A DNA stretch of 64,000 bases from Actinomycetes bacterium (GTDB lineage: Bacteria; Actinomycetota; Actinomycetes; Propionibacteriales; Propionibacteriaceae): positions 1,122 through 65,121 of the forward strand of contig JAEZYG010000057.1 of the NCBI GenBank assembly GCA_023419175.1, in the 5' to 3' direction. Each line of letters starts with the position of its first letter. Position 1 is the stretch's first letter. Made by a program: the position numbers and the translations under genes. Shown piece after piece: positions 51,891-63,511 of this stretch. The notes under the pieces were generated by a model. That model searched no databases. It was not told where the DNA came from and worked only from the letters and a program-made list of their open reading frames with translations.

Positions 51891-53006
51891 GTGGAGTGGT
51901 TTTTTTGGATCATAGTCGGCGGTGTCCTTCTCACCTCATTGGTCGCCTACGGGTCGATTCTCTATGCCAAGAGGAAAGCAGATCTTGAAGCGGCACCTGA
52001 AAAACCGAGTATCGAAGGTGTTGCTGAAGCCGAACTTATCGAACCTGTTGAGCAAGACAGGAGCGCTTTAGCTGTCGATGAAAGCATTGAGCCTGGAGCT
52101 TCGCGCATGGTGCGTCTGCGCAGGAAGCTGTCGTCTAGTTCAAATGCTTTGGCTCGAGCACTCGCTGACCTTCTCAGCTCCGATCTGATCGATGAGGAAA
52201 CATGGGAAGATTTTGAAACGACTCTCATCACCTCCGATCTCGGGGTAGGGCCGACCACTGAGCTGGTGGAAAAACTGCGTCATCAGCTTAAAATTGACGG
52301 CATTTCCGACCCCTCCCACGCGAAAGCTCTCTTGCGTCGTCACCTGATCGATCTTGTCGATCCCACCTGGGATCGCTCCCTACATTTAGGTGAGCAACGT
52401 CCATCGCTCATCATGATGGTCGGTGTAAATGGAACCGGAAAGACCACCACTGTCGGCAAGTTGGGACGTATGCTCGTTGCCGAAGGTAAGAGCGTGGTCT
52501 TTGGAGCTGCCGATACCTTCCGTGCTGCTGCCGCAGAACAGCTCACGACATGGGGTGAGCGTATCGGGGCGACTACCGTTCGTGCAGACGAAGGAGCTGA
52601 TCCCGCCTCTGTCGCCTATCGCGCTGTTGAACAAGGACAAAACGATCAAGCCGATGTGGTGCTTATTGATACCGCTGGACGTTTGCACAATAAGGTCGGT
52701 CTGATGGACGAATTGGGCAAAGTCAAGCGGGTCATCGAGAAGAAGGGCGAAGTCAGTGAGGTATTGCTCGTTATCGATGCCACGACCGGACAGAACGGAT
52801 TAACTCAGGCTCGCATCTTCGCCGAGGTCGTCGATGTGACAGGTATCGTCTTGACGAAATTGGACGGTTCTGCCAAGGGTGGAATCGTAATCCAGGTTCA
52901 AAAGGAATTGAATGTTCCTGTGAAATTTATCGGACTCGGTGAGGGAGCGGACGATCTAGCTCCCTTTGACGCTGAACTATTCGTTGACGGTCTGCTCGGC
53001 GACTGA
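51891..53006 (+). CDS. ftsY: SRP receptor FtsY (N-terminal TM)
   Basis: GVNGTGKTT, DTFRAAA, DTAGR, TKLDGSAKGG. Confidence 0.97.
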   Translation: MEWFFWIIVGGVLLTSLVAYGSILYAKRKADLEAAPEKPSIEGVAEAELIEPVEQDRSALAVDESIEPGASRMVRLRRKLSSSSNALARALADLLSSDLIDEETWEDFETTLITSDLGVGPTTELVEKLRHQLKIDGISDPSHAKALLRRHLIDLVDPTWDRSLHLGEQRPSLIMMVGVNGTGKTTTVGKLGRMLVAEGKSVVFGAADTFRAAAAEQLTTWGERIGATTVRADEGADPASVAYRAVEQGQNDQADVVLIDTAGRLHNKVGLMDELGKVKRVIEKKGEVSEVLLVIDATTGQNGLTQARIFAEVVDVTGIVLTKLDGSAKGGIVIQVQKELNVPVKFIGLGEGADDLAPFDAELFVDGLLGD

Positions 53007-53034
53007 ATCCCACATGCTGAAAGGTAGATGAGGC

Positions 53035-54582
53035 GTGTTTGACACTCTTCAAGAACGGTTAGCTTCCACTTTTTCCTCCCTGCGCTCTAAGGGGAGATTG
53101 ACTCAGGCAGATATCGATGCCACAGCTCGTGAAATCCGTATCGCCCTCCTCGAGGCGGACGTCAACTTGGCAGTCGTCAAAGAATTCATCGCCAATCTAA
53201 AGGCGAAAGCGGCTGAAGTTGAGCTATCGAAAGCTCTCAATCCGTCTCAACAGATTATAAAGATCGTCAATGAAGAGCTGATCGCCATTCTCGGTGGACA
53301 GACTAGGCACCTTCGTTTCGCTAAAAATCCGCCCACGGTCATCATGCTGGCAGGTCTCCAAGGAGCAGGTAAGACCACACTGGCAGGTAAATTGGCCTAT
53401 TGGCTTAAAGACCAAGGACATGCTCCCCTCTTAGTCGCTGCCGATTTGCAACGTCCCAACGCTGTCCAGCAGCTTCAAGTCATGGCTGAACGGGCTAAGG
53501 TCGCCTGCTATGCCCCGCAGCCAGGGAATGGAATTGGTGATCCTGTCGCCGTCGCACAGGAAGCTATCGAGGTTGCTCGTCACAAATTGCACGATGTGGT
53601 CATCATCGATACGGCTGGTCGTCTGGGCGTCGATGAGGAGATGATGAGGCAGGCCGCCCAGATCAAGGCGGCCACATCGCCAGACGAAACCCTTTTCGTC
53701 GTAGACGCCATGATCGGTCAAGATGCGGTGAGCACCGCTCAAGCATTCCAAGATGGAGTGGGTATCGACGGGGTTGTGCTGACCAAACTGGACGGCGATG
53801 CCCGTGGCGGTGCAGCTTTGTCCATCGCTAGAGTCTTGGGTAAACCGATCATCTTCGCCTCCTCTGGGGAGCAACTGCGTGATTTCGACCTTTTCCACCC
53901 CGACCGTATGGCGGATCGTATCTTGGGGATGGGCGATATTCTTACGCTGATCGAGCAGGCAGAACGCACTTTCGATCGCGAGCAATCTGCTAAAGCGGCC
54001 GAGAAATTATTGACGCGTGGTCAGTTTGGATTGGATGATTTTCTCGCTCAAATGCAGCAGCTGCGCAAGATGGGGCCGCTGTCGAAGATTTTCGGAATGC
54101 TGCCGGGTGCCTCTCAGATGGCGGCTTTGAATCAGATCGATGAGAAAGAAGTTGATCGCATTGAAGCCATCATCAAGTCGATGACTCCAGCCGAAAGAGC
54201 TGATGTCGATATTCTCAACGGATCGCGTCGAGCTCGTATTGCGCGAGGAGCCGGTGTGAGCGTTAAAGATGTGAACGATTTGGTCAATCGTTTCGTTCAA
54301 GCTCGCAAGATGATGTCGTCCATGGGCAAGATGATGGGCAATGCGATGCCTGGTATGCCTGCGATGCCTGGTATGCCAGGTGTGCGTCAACCAAAACGCA
54401 AGGCAAAGAAAGTCAAGGACAAACGTAAGGCTGCGATGAAGGCGAGGAAAGAGAGCGGAAAACCGGTTCAGCATACCGAGATCCCGCAGGATCCCGAAGC
54501 TCTTCAACAGGCGATGGCTGATTTCAAATTGCCTGCCGATCTGCAAAATATGCTGAAATCTCAACAGAATAAGCCGTGGTGA
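53035..54582 (+). CDS. ffh: Signal recognition particle protein Ffh
   Basis: GLQGAGKTT, DTAGR, TKLDGDARGG, Met-rich M domain. Confidence 0.98.
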   Translation: MFDTLQERLASTFSSLRSKGRLTQADIDATAREIRIALLEADVNLAVVKEFIANLKAKAAEVELSKALNPSQQIIKIVNEELIAILGGQTRHLRFAKNPPTVIMLAGLQGAGKTTLAGKLAYWLKDQGHAPLLVAADLQRPNAVQQLQVMAERAKVACYAPQPGNGIGDPVAVAQEAIEVARHKLHDVVIIDTAGRLGVDEEMMRQAAQIKAATSPDETLFVVDAMIGQDAVSTAQAFQDGVGIDGVVLTKLDGDARGGAALSIARVLGKPIIFASSGEQLRDFDLFHPDRMADRILGMGDILTLIEQAERTFDREQSAKAAEKLLTRGQFGLDDFLAQMQQLRKMGPLSKIFGMLPGASQMAALNQIDEKEVDRIEAIIKSMTPAERADVDILNGSRRARIARGAGVSVKDVNDLVNRFVQARKMMSSMGKMMGNAMPGMPAMPGMPGVRQPKRKAKKVKDKRKAAMKARKESGKPVQHTEIPQDPEALQQAMADFKLPADLQNMLKSQQNKPW

Positions 54583-54589
54583 GAAGGGT

Positions 54590-55678
54590 ATGACAATGTG
54601 GCATCTGCGCGGGACACTCCTCCCCGAAGGTGAAGTAAGCGATCTGTGGATCGCTGAGGGAATGATCGTCGATGGTCCTGTTCACGGTGCTGAAACGATT
54701 GATCTTGGCGATTGCTATATTCTGCCTGGACTCGTCGATGCCCACTGTCATATCGGTCTGGGTGCTCCAGGGGCGGTAGATCGTCAAACCGCCTATGCTC
54801 AAGCGCTAACCGACCGTAATAGCGGTGTGCTGTTGATACGTGATGCGGGAGCTCCTGTCGATACCCATTGGATGGACGAGGATCCCGCTCTGCCTCGCAT
54901 CATCAGAGCTGGACGTCACATTGCTCGTGAAAAACGCTATATTCGCAATTTCGCAGCTGAGGTTGAGCCAGACGATCTCGTTGCCGAAGTGGAACGCCAA
55001 GCCAAGCGAGGAGATGGATGGATCAAATTGGTGGGGGATTGGATCGATCGTCGATGCGGTGATCTGGCTCCCCTATGGCCTAAAGATCGCGCTGCAGAGG
55101 CGATCGCTAAAGCCCATGAAATGGGTGTGAAGGTGACCGCTCATTGCTTTGCTGAAGAATCTGTCGCCCAACTTGTCGAGGCGGGTATCGACTGTATCGA
55201 ACACGGTACAGGGTTGAGCGATGAGGTGATTGCGGCTATGGCTGAGCGCTCTGTCGCTCTTGTTCCCACCATGACGAATTTGGAGAATTTCCCCATCTTT
55301 GCTGCGGCTGGGGAGGCAAAATTCCCTCGCTATAGCGCTCATATGCGCGATCTACATGCCAGACGTTTTGATACCTTGAGGGCGGCTCACGAAGCGGGCG
55401 TAGCAATCTATGCAGGGACAGATGCTGGCGGCACATTATGTCATGGGCGAATCGCTGAGGAGGCGGAACTTTTAGCCAAACTTGTCGATAACGATTTCGC
55501 TCTCAATGCCTGCTCGTGGGGAGCGCGTCGCTGGCTAGGCGCTGAAGAGTTGAAGGTAGGTCATAGCGCAGATCTAATCGTGACGAGTAAAGATCCCCGT
55601 CAAGGAGTATCTGCTCTAAGAGCGGTGGAATTGGTGATGTTGAGAGGATCGATCGTCTCTTACCTACCGCGTTTCTAA
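54590..55678 (+). CDS. Amidohydrolase family protein
   Basis: [21 protein letters not shown]; conserved between ffh and rpsP. Confidence 0.88.
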   Translation: MTMWHLRGTLLPEGEVSDLWIAEGMIVDGPVHGAETIDLGDCYILPGLVDAHCHIGLGAPGAVDRQTAYAQALTDRNSGVLLIRDAGAPVDTHWMDEDPALPRIIRAGRHIAREKRYIRNFAAEVEPDDLVAEVERQAKRGDGWIKLVGDWIDRRCGDLAPLWPKDRAAEAIAKAHEMGVKVTAHCFAEESVAQLVEAGIDCIEHGTGLSDEVIAAMAERSVALVPTMTNLENFPIFAAAGEAKFPRYSAHMRDLHARRFDTLRAAHEAGVAIYAGTDAGGTLCHGRIAEEAELLAKLVDNDFALNACSWGARRWLGAEELKVGHSADLIVTSKDPRQGVSALRAVELVMLRGSIVSYLPRF

Positions 55679-55839
55679 GTCGGTTTTCTTTTACCTCTAT
55701 TCTCTGGCACAATGGCAGTGCGTCTGTGTCCAGGTGCCCTCTCAACACTGGCGACGCAGGACCGAAGTCTCGACGTCGCGTGCCCCACACGCGAAACGCG
55801 AGGCATTGCCGATTTTCACACACAGGAGAAACCACTCAA

Positions 55840-56289
55840 GTGGCAACCAAGATTCGTCTGAAGCGGATGGGTAAGATCCGCTCACCTCATTACCGCGTCG
55901 TCGTGATGGATTCTCGCGCTCCGCGCGATGGACAGTCGATCGAAGATATCGGCATCTACCATCCCAAGAACGATCCTTCGGTCATTAAGATCGATTCCGA
56001 GCGCGTCCAGTACTGGCTTGGTGTTGGAGCTCAGCCGACTGAAGCTGTCGTCGCTTTGCTGAAGCGTACAGGCGACTGGCAGAAGTTCACCGGTGAGGAT
56101 TGCCCTTCCGGTGTTCTTCCCCAGCCTGAGCCTGTCGATAAGCTGGCTCGTTTCAATGCTGCTTTAGCTGAAGCTGACGGCGAGCCCACCACGGAAGCTA
56201 TCAGCAAGTCCAAGAAAGCTGAGGCTACTGAGGATGTAGCGCCTGAGGCTGAAGCCGAAGCTGCTTCCGACGAAGCCGGCGAGGCCTGA
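55840..56289 (+). CDS. rpsP: 30S ribosomal protein S16
   Basis: [22 protein letters not shown]; acidic actinobacterial tail; AGGAG RBS. Confidence 0.97.
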   Translation: MATKIRLKRMGKIRSPHYRVVVMDSRAPRDGQSIEDIGIYHPKNDPSVIKIDSERVQYWLGVGAQPTEAVVALLKRTGDWQKFTGEDCPSGVLPQPEPVDKLARFNAALAEADGEPTTEAISKSKKAEATEDVAPEAEAEAASDEAGEA

Positions 56290-56292
56290 TCC

Positions 56293-56544
56293 ATGCTGGC
56301 AGAAGCTCTCGAGCACCTGGTGCGAGGTATCGTTACTTCGCCCGATGAGGTGCGCGTTCGAGATCGTCAGTTGCGTAATCGTCGCATCTTGGAAGTCCGC
56401 GTCCATCCCAATGACATCGGCAAGGTGATCGGTCGTCATGGACGTACTGCGACAGCTTTGCGCACCGTGATGGCTGCCCTTGCTGGACGTGAGCAGGTTC
56501 GCATCGATTTTGTCGATGGGGATCGTCGCCGTTCGCGTCGCTGA
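56293..56544 (+). CDS. khpA: KH-domain RNA-binding protein
   Basis: DIGKVIGRHGRTA; between rpsP and rimM. Confidence 0.92.
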   Translation: MLAEALEHLVRGIVTSPDEVRVRDRQLRNRRILEVRVHPNDIGKVIGRHGRTATALRTVMAALAGREQVRIDFVDGDRRRSRR

Positions 56545-56556
56545 CAGCTATGATCT

Positions 56557-56587
56557 ATGCCCCATCCTCCCTGAGGGTGGGGCATTT
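56557..56587 (+). terminator. Hairpin after khpA
   Basis: ATGCCCCATCCTC-cct-GAGGGTGGGGCATTT. Confidence 0.65.
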
Positions 56588-56607
56588 CACATTCCTAGAG
56601 GAGATCA

Positions 56608-57141
56608 ATGAGCACTGAGGGAACAGTTGAAGTCATCGTAGGACGAATCGTTCGTCCTCACGGGGTGAGGGGTGAACTGGTCGTTGATGTCGCCACAGAT
56701 GAGGTTGACAAGCGTTTCTCAACGGGCTCTACAGTTCATCATGAGGATCGAGCGTGGGTTATCGCTGCATCGCGTTGGCATAGCGGACGCTTGATCGTCC
56801 GCCTTGAAGGTATCGATGATAGGAATGCTGCTGAATCCTTGAGAGGGATTCGTCTATGGGCAGATGTGGATATCTCAGAAACACCTGAGAAAGACGATGA
56901 ATTCTTTGATCGCCATCTCATAGGCCTCGCGGTGAAAGATGTCCATGGCGTGATCCGAGGGAAGGTGAGCAGGGTCTATCACAATGGAGCTCAAGATCTT
57001 CTCGCAGTTGACTGTGATGGAATAGAACGCCTCATCCCATTCGTGGAAGCTCTCGTGCCCATTGTCAATTGTGATGAAGGCTATATAGGCATTGCCGATA
57101 TTGATGGGCTGCTCGATGACAACGCTCAGGAGGCGAGGTGA
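56608..57141 (+). CDS. rimM: Ribosome maturation factor RimM
   Basis: [27 protein letters not shown]. Confidence 0.95.
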   Translation: MSTEGTVEVIVGRIVRPHGVRGELVVDVATDEVDKRFSTGSTVHHEDRAWVIAASRWHSGRLIVRLEGIDDRNAAESLRGIRLWADVDISETPEKDDEFFDRHLIGLAVKDVHGVIRGKVSRVYHNGAQDLLAVDCDGIERLIPFVEALVPIVNCDEGYIGIADIDGLLDDNAQEAR

Positions 57142-57857
57142 AAATCGATATCGTCACCATCTTTCCGGACTATTTTTCCCCGTTAGATCTCTCCCTTATC
57201 GGGAAAGCTCGTCAACATGGATTGATTCATGTGGATATCCATGACCTGCGCGATTGGACTCATGATCGTCATCGGACGGTAGACGACACACCCTATGGCG
57301 GTGGAGCCGGAATGGTGATGAAACCCGAACCGTGGGGAGAGTGTTTAGACGCAATCTTGTCGCGACGTGCTGAACGCACAGTCATGATCGTTCCAAGTCC
57401 CAGTGGCTATCGTTTTGATCAGAAAGCCGCAGATGAGTTGGTCGAAGTCGATCAGTTGATCTTTGCATGTGGACGATATGAAGGAATCGATCGCCGCGTC
57501 ATCGATTGGGCTGCTGAGAGGGTCGAAGTTCGCGAGTACAGTATCGGCGATTATGTTCTCAATGGGGGAGAAGTGGCATCTATCGCGATGATTGAAGCGA
57601 TTGTTCGACTCGTTCCCGGTGTGGTAGGCAATCCTGAATCCATCGTTGAAGAATCCCATTCTCAGGCATCCGGGGGATTGCTCGAATACCCCAATTACAC
57701 GAAACCCGCCTCCTGGCGGGGAATGGATGTACCCGAGATCTTGTTGAGTGGCAACCACGCCAAGATTGCTGCATGGCGTCAGGAACAATCCAGACTCTTA
57801 ACGGAGACACGGCGTCCCGATTTGCTCGCAAACTCTAAGGTGAACCTTAGTTCATAG
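57138..57857 (+). CDS. trmD: tRNA (guanine-N1)-methyltransferase
   Basis: [36 protein letters not shown]. Confidence 0.98.
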   Translation: MKIDIVTIFPDYFSPLDLSLIGKARQHGLIHVDIHDLRDWTHDRHRTVDDTPYGGGAGMVMKPEPWGECLDAILSRRAERTVMIVPSPSGYRFDQKAADELVEVDQLIFACGRYEGIDRRVIDWAAERVEVREYSIGDYVLNGGEVASIAMIEAIVRLVPGVVGNPESIVEESHSQASGGLLEYPNYTKPASWRGMDVPEILLSGNHAKIAAWRQEQSRLLTETRRPDLLANSKVNLSS

Positions 57858-57888
57858 GCGTGAAATAAAGTGGATTAGCCTCAATTAA
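57836..57888 (+). promoter_or_regulatory. Candidate DtxR/IdeR boxes upstream of sdhCAB
   Basis: TAAGGTGAACCTTAGTTCA (57836-57854, 14/19 to TWAGGTWAGSCTWACCTWA) and GTGGATTAGCCTCAATTAA (57870-57888, 13/19). Confidence 0.5.
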
Positions 57889-57907
57889 AAGGTTTAGACT
57901 TCGCAAT

Positions 57908-58651
57908 GTGGCAACCCAATTAACTACTCGCGATGCGAGCACGACGCCTCACAGACGTGCAAGCCGCTCGACCGTGGCACGAAAGGTCTTGATGGCGCTT
58001 ACAGGTCTGATCCTGGTGGCGTTCTTGCTCATGCACATGTTCGGCAATTCCAAATTGCTCCTTCCTGATAACGGCGCGGAGTTCGATGAATATTCCCATT
58101 ACCTGAGAATGTTCCTCTATCCGATCATGCCGCCCAAGCTTTTCTTGTGGCTGTTTAGGATCGCACTGGCCTTCTCTGCTTTGGTGCATATGGTCTTCGC
58201 TGTCCAGCTCACCTTCCGCGATTACGATGCAACCGGCCTGGGGCGCTATTTCAAGCAGCGCTACCTTGCAGGCAGCTTCGCTGCTCGCACCATGATCTGG
58301 GGCGGTATCATCATTGTCGTCGGCGTCGTCGTTCACCTGTTGCAGTTCACTGCAGAGGTCATCACGGTGAACTATCCGGCTGGAGTTACCACCGTTGCGC
58401 CTCATGAGCGCGTTGTCCTGGCTTTCCAGATTTGGTGGGTGCTGTTGGCCTATGCCATTTGGATGGCCGCCGTCTGCCTCCACATCTGGCACGGTTTCTA
58501 CAGCGCTTTCTGCACCATCGGTGTGCGTACTGGAGCCTTCAGTGAGAAGATCCTTAAGGTCTGCTCGTGGATCGTTTCGATCTTGCTCTACGTCGGCTTC
58601 ATGATCACGCCGGTTCTCATCTACGCAGGAGTGATTTTCCCCAATGCCTGA
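57908..58651 (+). CDS. sdhC: Succinate dehydrogenase/fumarate reductase cytochrome b subunit
   Basis: [13 protein letters not shown], heme-ligand His residues, HIWHG, five TM segments. Confidence 0.93.
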   Translation: MATQLTTRDASTTPHRRASRSTVARKVLMALTGLILVAFLLMHMFGNSKLLLPDNGAEFDEYSHYLRMFLYPIMPPKLFLWLFRIALAFSALVHMVFAVQLTFRDYDATGLGRYFKQRYLAGSFAARTMIWGGIIIVVGVVVHLLQFTAEVITVNYPAGVTTVAPHERVVLAFQIWWVLLAYAIWMAAVCLHIWHGFYSAFCTIGVRTGAFSEKILKVCSWIVSILLYVGFMITPVLIYAGVIFPNA

Positions 58652-60668
58652 GCACACGTTAGTTAGCAATATTCCCGCCGGCGATTACGACTACTACAGC
58701 GTCGGCGAAGAGATCCGCGATACAAAGGCTGATACCAGCCTTCCTATCGAGAAGGTCTGGGCTGACCGTCAATTCCGTGCAGCCCTCGTCAACCCCGCCA
58801 ACCGTCGTAAGATCACCATCATCGTGGTCGGTACCGGTCTGGCTGGTGGAGCTGCCGCCGCATCATTGGGCGAGGCAGGCTATAACGTCTTGAACTTCTG
58901 CTACCAGGATTCCCCCCGTCGCGCCCATTCGATCGCGGCACAGGGCGGTATCAACGCAGCGAAGAATTACAAGAACGATAACGACTCAACCTTCCGTCTG
59001 TTCTATGACACCGTCAAGGGCGGCGACTATCGCGCCCGCGAGACCAATGTCCACCGTCTCGCCGAGGTATCGGCCAATATCATCGACCAGTGCGTCGCTC
59101 AAGGCGTTCCTTTTGCCCGTGAATACGGCGGTCTGCTCGATACCCGTTCCTTCGGTGGCGTTCAGGTGCAGCGCACCTTCTATGCTCGTGGACAAACCGG
59201 ACAGCAGCTCTTGATCGGCGCTTATCAGGCTCTAGAACGTCAGGTTGCCGCTGGAACTGTCAAGATGTTCGCCCGTCACGAGATGATGGAACTCATCGTT
59301 AAAGATGGTCATGCTCGCGGTATCGTCGCTCGCGATATGGTCACAGGTGAAGTGACAGCTCATACTGCCGATGCTGTCGTCTTGGCAACAGGTGGCTATG
59401 GCAACGTTTTCTTCCTTTCGACCAACGCCATGGGATGTAACGTCACCGCTGCGTGGCGTGCGCACCGCAAGGGCGCCTATTTCGGCAACCCCTGCTATAC
59501 CCAGATCCACCCGACCTGTATTCCCGTCCACGGCTCAAATCAGTCGAAGCTGACCTTGATGTCAGAATCGTTGCGTAACGATGGACGTATCTGGGTTCCC
59601 AAGAAGGCTGAGGATTGCGATAAGGATCCCCGCGATATTCCTGAAGAGGATCGCGATTACTATCTCGAACGCATCTATCCCGCTTTCGGTAACCTGGTGC
59701 CTCGCGATATCGCTTCCCGTCAAGCAAAGAATGTTTGCGATGAGGGACGCGGTGTTGGCCCGGCTGTGACCGAGGTGGACGAGAACGGCAACAAGCGTCA
59801 AGTACGTCGCGGTGTTTACCTCGACTTCTCCGATGCGATTAACCGTATGGGCAAGCGTGGCGTTGAGGTCAAGTACGGAAACCTCTTCGACATGTACAAG
59901 CAGATCACCGCTGAAGACCCCTATGAGGTTCCGATGCGTATCTACCCCGCCGTTCACTACACCATGGGTGGCGTTTGGGTTGATTACGATTTGCAGACCA
60001 CCATTCCCGGTCTCTTCTGCACAGGTGAAGCCAACTTCTCCGATCACGGTGCCAACCGTCTCGGTGCTTCGGCTCTCATGCAGGGTCTGGCAGATGGATA
60101 TTTCGTCTTGCCGAATACCATCAACGACTACCTCGCCAAGAATCATGAGGGAACCTTGCCGGATAATGACCCGGCTGTTGTGGAAGCCGTGGAGGCGACT
60201 AAGGCTCGTATCGATAAGCTCTTGTCGATTAAGGGCTCTCGTACCGTGGACGATTTCCACAAGGCTCTCGGCCAGATTATGTGGGAATACTGCGGTATGG
60301 CTCGTAGCGAGGCTGGCTTGAAGAAGGCCATCGGCATGATCCGCGATCTGCGCGATGAATTCTGGCATGACGTCAAGGTCACAGGTGAGGCGATGGATCT
60401 CAATCAGACCCTCGAACGTGCCGGACGTTTGGCCGACTTCTTCGAGCTGGGTGAGTTGATGTGTATTGATGCTTTGCATCGTCGCGAGTCTTGCGGTGGT
60501 CACTTCCGCGTCGAGCACCAGACGGAAGATGGCGAGGCTTTGCGTCACGATGAGGAATTCGCCTATGTCGCCGCCTGGGAGTGGACGGGAGCTGGTAACA
60601 AGCCGGTTCTCCACAAAGAGCCGCTCATCTACAAGGCAATCGAGCTGAAGCAACGGAGTTACAAGTGA
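58644..60668 (+). CDS. sdhA: Succinate dehydrogenase/fumarate reductase flavoprotein
   Basis: [45 protein letters not shown]. Confidence 0.97.
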   Translation: MPEHTLVSNIPAGDYDYYSVGEEIRDTKADTSLPIEKVWADRQFRAALVNPANRRKITIIVVGTGLAGGAAAASLGEAGYNVLNFCYQDSPRRAHSIAAQGGINAAKNYKNDNDSTFRLFYDTVKGGDYRARETNVHRLAEVSANIIDQCVAQGVPFAREYGGLLDTRSFGGVQVQRTFYARGQTGQQLLIGAYQALERQVAAGTVKMFARHEMMELIVKDGHARGIVARDMVTGEVTAHTADAVVLATGGYGNVFFLSTNAMGCNVTAAWRAHRKGAYFGNPCYTQIHPTCIPVHGSNQSKLTLMSESLRNDGRIWVPKKAEDCDKDPRDIPEEDRDYYLERIYPAFGNLVPRDIASRQAKNVCDEGRGVGPAVTEVDENGNKRQVRRGVYLDFSDAINRMGKRGVEVKYGNLFDMYKQITAEDPYEVPMRIYPAVHYTMGGVWVDYDLQTTIPGLFCTGEANFSDHGANRLGASALMQGLADGYFVLPNTINDYLAKNHEGTLPDNDPAVVEAVEATKARIDKLLSIKGSRTVDDFHKALGQIMWEYCGMARSEAGLKKAIGMIRDLRDEFWHDVKVTGEAMDLNQTLERAGRLADFFELGELMCIDALHRRESCGGHFRVEHQTEDGEALRHDEEFAYVAAWEWTGAGNKPVLHKEPLIYKAIELKQRSYK

Positions 60669-61432
60669 AACTGACACTTAAGATCTGGCGTCAGGCACGT
60701 GGCGCCGAACAGGGAAAGATGGTCGATTATGTCATCGACGGTGTCAGCGAGGATATGAGCTTCCTTGAGATGCTCGATATGCTCAATGAGCAGCTGACCG
60801 TCCAGGGTGAGGAGCCGGTGGCATTCGACTCTGACTGCCGTGAAGGTATTTGCGGTATGTGCGGCCTGGTCATCAACGGTACCGCTCATGGACGCGGTAA
60901 TTCACCGGTTCCGACGACCACCTGTCAGCTGCACATGCGTTCCTTTAAGGACGGCGATACGATCACCATCGAACCGTGGAAGGCTGAGCCTTTCCCGGTA
61001 TTGAAGGATCTCATCGTCGATCGCACGGCTTTGGATCGCGTTATTCAAGCTGGCGGCTTTATCTCGGTCAACACGGGTGCGGCTCCCGATGCTCATTCGG
61101 TTCCCGCTCCGAAGCTGCAATCTGATCGTGCTTTCGATAACGCGACCTGTATCGGTTGTGGAGCATGTGTAGCAGCATGTCCGAATGCGTCCGCTATGCT
61201 CTTCACCTCTGCTAAGGTGACCCATCTGGCCAATCTTCCGCAAGGACAGCCCGAGCGCTATCTGCGCGTTCAGAATATGGTCGGACAGCATGATGCTGAA
61301 GGGTTCGGTGCATGTACCAATATCGGTGAATGCGCTGCGGTTTGCCCGAAGGGCATTCCTCTCGAGTCCATCTCGCATCTCAACCGTGATCTGGTCTCCT
61401 CTTTGTTCCGTAAGGACGGTTGGACGAACTGA
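60665..61432 (+). CDS. sdhB: Succinate dehydrogenase/fumarate reductase Fe-S subunit
   Basis: [33 protein letters not shown]. Confidence 0.97.
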   Translation: MKLTLKIWRQARGAEQGKMVDYVIDGVSEDMSFLEMLDMLNEQLTVQGEEPVAFDSDCREGICGMCGLVINGTAHGRGNSPVPTTTCQLHMRSFKDGDTITIEPWKAEPFPVLKDLIVDRTALDRVIQAGGFISVNTGAAPDAHSVPAPKLQSDRAFDNATCIGCGACVAACPNASAMLFTSAKVTHLANLPQGQPERYLRVQNMVGQHDAEGFGACTNIGECAAVCPKGIPLESISHLNRDLVSSLFRKDGWTN

Positions 61433-61442
61433 TCTTCTGATG

Positions 61443-61472
61443 GCAGCGCTCGGATTCGCCTCCGAGCGCTGC
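61443..61472 (+). terminator. Terminator after sdhB
   Basis: Perfect stem GCAGCGCTCGGA-ttcgcc-TCCGAGCGCTGC. Confidence 0.75.
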
Positions 61473-61590
61473 TCTATGTCATAATGACAAGGTTGCCAGC
61501 GCTGCGGACCCTGCCACAGGGGGATTGACCACGGCATTGGTATCGATACGACACAACCCGAGGTGACCTGTGGCACCGACGAGGACAGCT

Positions 61591-61944
61591 ATGATGAATC
61601 AAGTTATCGCTGAGCTGAATAAAGCTTCTTTGCGCGATGATATCCCCGAATTCCGTCCTGGCGATTCTGTGCGCGTTCACGTGCGCGTCGTTGAAGGTAA
61701 TAAATCCCGTATCCAGGTTTTTGCTGGTGTTGTGATCGCTCGCAATGGATCAGGAGTAACCGAGGCTTTCACCGTTCGCAAGATCAGCTATGGCACAGGT
61801 GTGGAGCGTACCTTCCCGCTGCATTCGCCGATTATCGACAAGATCGAGGTCGAGCGTCACGGTGCAGTACGTCGAGCCAAGCTGTACTATCTGCGTACCC
61901 GTCGTGGAAAGGCTGCCAAGATCAAGGAGCGCCGCGAGCGCTGA
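61591..61944 (+). CDS. rplS: 50S ribosomal protein L19
   Basis: [33 protein letters not shown]. Confidence 0.98.
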   Translation: MMNQVIAELNKASLRDDIPEFRPGDSVRVHVRVVEGNKSRIQVFAGVVIARNGSGVTEAFTVRKISYGTGVERTFPLHSPIIDKIEVERHGAVRRAKLYYLRTRRGKAAKIKERRER

Positions 61945-61954
61945 TCTTATCGAG

Positions 61955-61983
61955 AAGACCCCGTCAAATGATGGGGTCTTTTT
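61955..61983 (+). terminator. Terminator after rplS
   Basis: AAGACCCCGTCA-aa-TGATGGGGTCTT followed by TTT. Confidence 0.8.
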
Positions 61984-62038
61984 CTATGCCCTTGTCCACA
62001 AGGGCTATCATGGCTATGGCATAAGGCAGGTGATAGGT

Positions 62039-62851
62039 GTGAACTACGAGCAACCAGAGCCACCGGCAGTTCTTGCCGATGGACAGCGTCGCCCCTCTCG
62101 ACAGAGATCGAAGACTAAGGCTAAATCCACAGTTCGTTTTCTAGCTGAATTACTGGGTGCGGTATTGATTGCCCTTATCGTCACCGCCTTTTTACGGATC
62201 TGCATCGTTCAGATCTTCCAAGTTCCTAGCGGTTCAATGCAGCAGACTTTGGAACGTCAAGATCGGATTGCTGCTTTGCGTCTTGGCTCGGTTGAACGTG
62301 GAGATATCGTCGTCTTCAAAGATCCAGGAGCGACATGGATGGGGTCTCAAGAAGGAACGAAGAATTCTTTCAAGAAAACTCTAGAAAAGATGTGGCTTCT
62401 GCCAGATAGCACTCAAGGCTATCTGGTGAAAAGGGTGATTGGAACGTCTGGAGATGAGGTCACCTGTTGCAATACGGACGGTAAGATTGAGGTTAACGGA
62501 CAGCCCATTGACGAAGATTACCTCTATCGAGAAGGGGATCGTCTAGTCGATCCGTCTATAACCCCTTTCCATGTCATCGTCCCTAAAGGACATCTGTTTG
62601 TCTTAGGCGATCATCGCAATAATTCGGGGGATTCACGTCTTCATCTGTGTGAGACTAAACCTGGATATGCTCCAGGGGCTCATGCTTTTATTCCTGAGGA
62701 TGATGTGGTTGGACCTGTCGTCTCGACGATTTTCCCCTTTGATCGTCTACGGATATTCCATCAACCTGAAACCTTTAAGTCGGTTCCTGATCCTCTTCAA
62801 GAGGCGCCAGAGGAAGCTGTTATCGATCCGATCTCGTGCTATCGCCGTTGA
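62039..62851 (+). CDS. lepB: Signal peptidase I
   Basis: VPSGSMQQTL, RGDIVVF, YLVKRVIG, GDHRNNSGDSR. Confidence 0.95.
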   Translation: MNYEQPEPPAVLADGQRRPSRQRSKTKAKSTVRFLAELLGAVLIALIVTAFLRICIVQIFQVPSGSMQQTLERQDRIAALRLGSVERGDIVVFKDPGATWMGSQEGTKNSFKKTLEKMWLLPDSTQGYLVKRVIGTSGDEVTCCNTDGKIEVNGQPIDEDYLYREGDRLVDPSITPFHVIVPKGHLFVLGDHRNNSGDSRLHLCETKPGYAPGAHAFIPEDDVVGPVVSTIFPFDRLRIFHQPETFKSVPDPLQEAPEEAVIDPISCYRR

Positions 62852-62852
62852 C

Positions 62853-63503
62853 ATGGATCTGTATATATATGAACGCCGTTTGATCGATGCGGGTTTTTCT
62901 CCGATAGCTGGAGCGGACGAAGCTGGTAGGGGAGCGTGCGCTGGTCCACTGGTAGCTGCTGCGGTGATATTGAATCCCAATGATCCTATTGACGGGTTGA
63001 ACGATTCTAAGAAGCTGACGGCGAAACGGCGCTGTGATTTAGCTCAGCAGATTCAACAAAAAGCATTGGCATGGGCCGTGAGTCGTATTGAAGCTGATGA
63101 ATGCGATCATCTAGGCATGCAGGAGGCTGACCTGCAAGGTTTGCGCAGGGCGATCGTCCAATTGGATCCTCTTCCTGCCTATGCTCTCACAGATGGTTTT
63201 TTCGTCCCTGGGTTGCCGATGCCCTCTTTGGCCTTATGGAAAGGCGATCAGGTTGCTGCCTCTATCAGCGCAGCATCAATCCTGGCGAAAGTTATACGCG
63301 ATCAGATCATGGATGACTACGACAATCTCTATACTGGCTATGGTTTTTCTGGGCATAAAGGCTATTGCACCAAGGTTCATCAGCAAGCTTTGGAGACATA
63401 TGGACCTTGCGAGATCCATAGGCGTAGTTATTCCAATGTTCAGCAAGCCAGCCGCCGTCATGAGAGATCCACTGTATCTCAGCCCTTGCTCGCGCTAGAG
63501 TAG
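62853..63503 (+). CDS. rnhB: Ribonuclease HII
   Basis: GADEAGRG, LNDSKKL, KGD...SAASILAKV, HKGY. Confidence 0.96.
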   Translation: MDLYIYERRLIDAGFSPIAGADEAGRGACAGPLVAAAVILNPNDPIDGLNDSKKLTAKRRCDLAQQIQQKALAWAVSRIEADECDHLGMQEADLQGLRRAIVQLDPLPAYALTDGFFVPGLPMPSLALWKGDQVAASISAASILAKVIRDQIMDDYDNLYTGYGFSGHKGYCTKVHQQALETYGPCEIHRRSYSNVQQASRRHERSTVSQPLLALE

Positions 63504-63511
63504 CTTTCATC

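Noticed and set aside
54346..54381. ATGCCTGGT-type tandem repeat
   Set aside because: Encodes the ordinary MPG-rich linker of Ffh; not a CRISPR array or contingency locus
59562..60677. 371-aa - strand ORF antisense to sdhA (also 57920-58669 antisense to sdhC)
   Set aside because: Same shadow-frame effect; no protein-like features
57908..61432. sdhCAB interrupting trmD-rplS as a horizontally acquired island
   Set aside because: Highly adapted codon usage and, as I recall, the normal arrangement in propionibacteria; used only as a taxonomic clue
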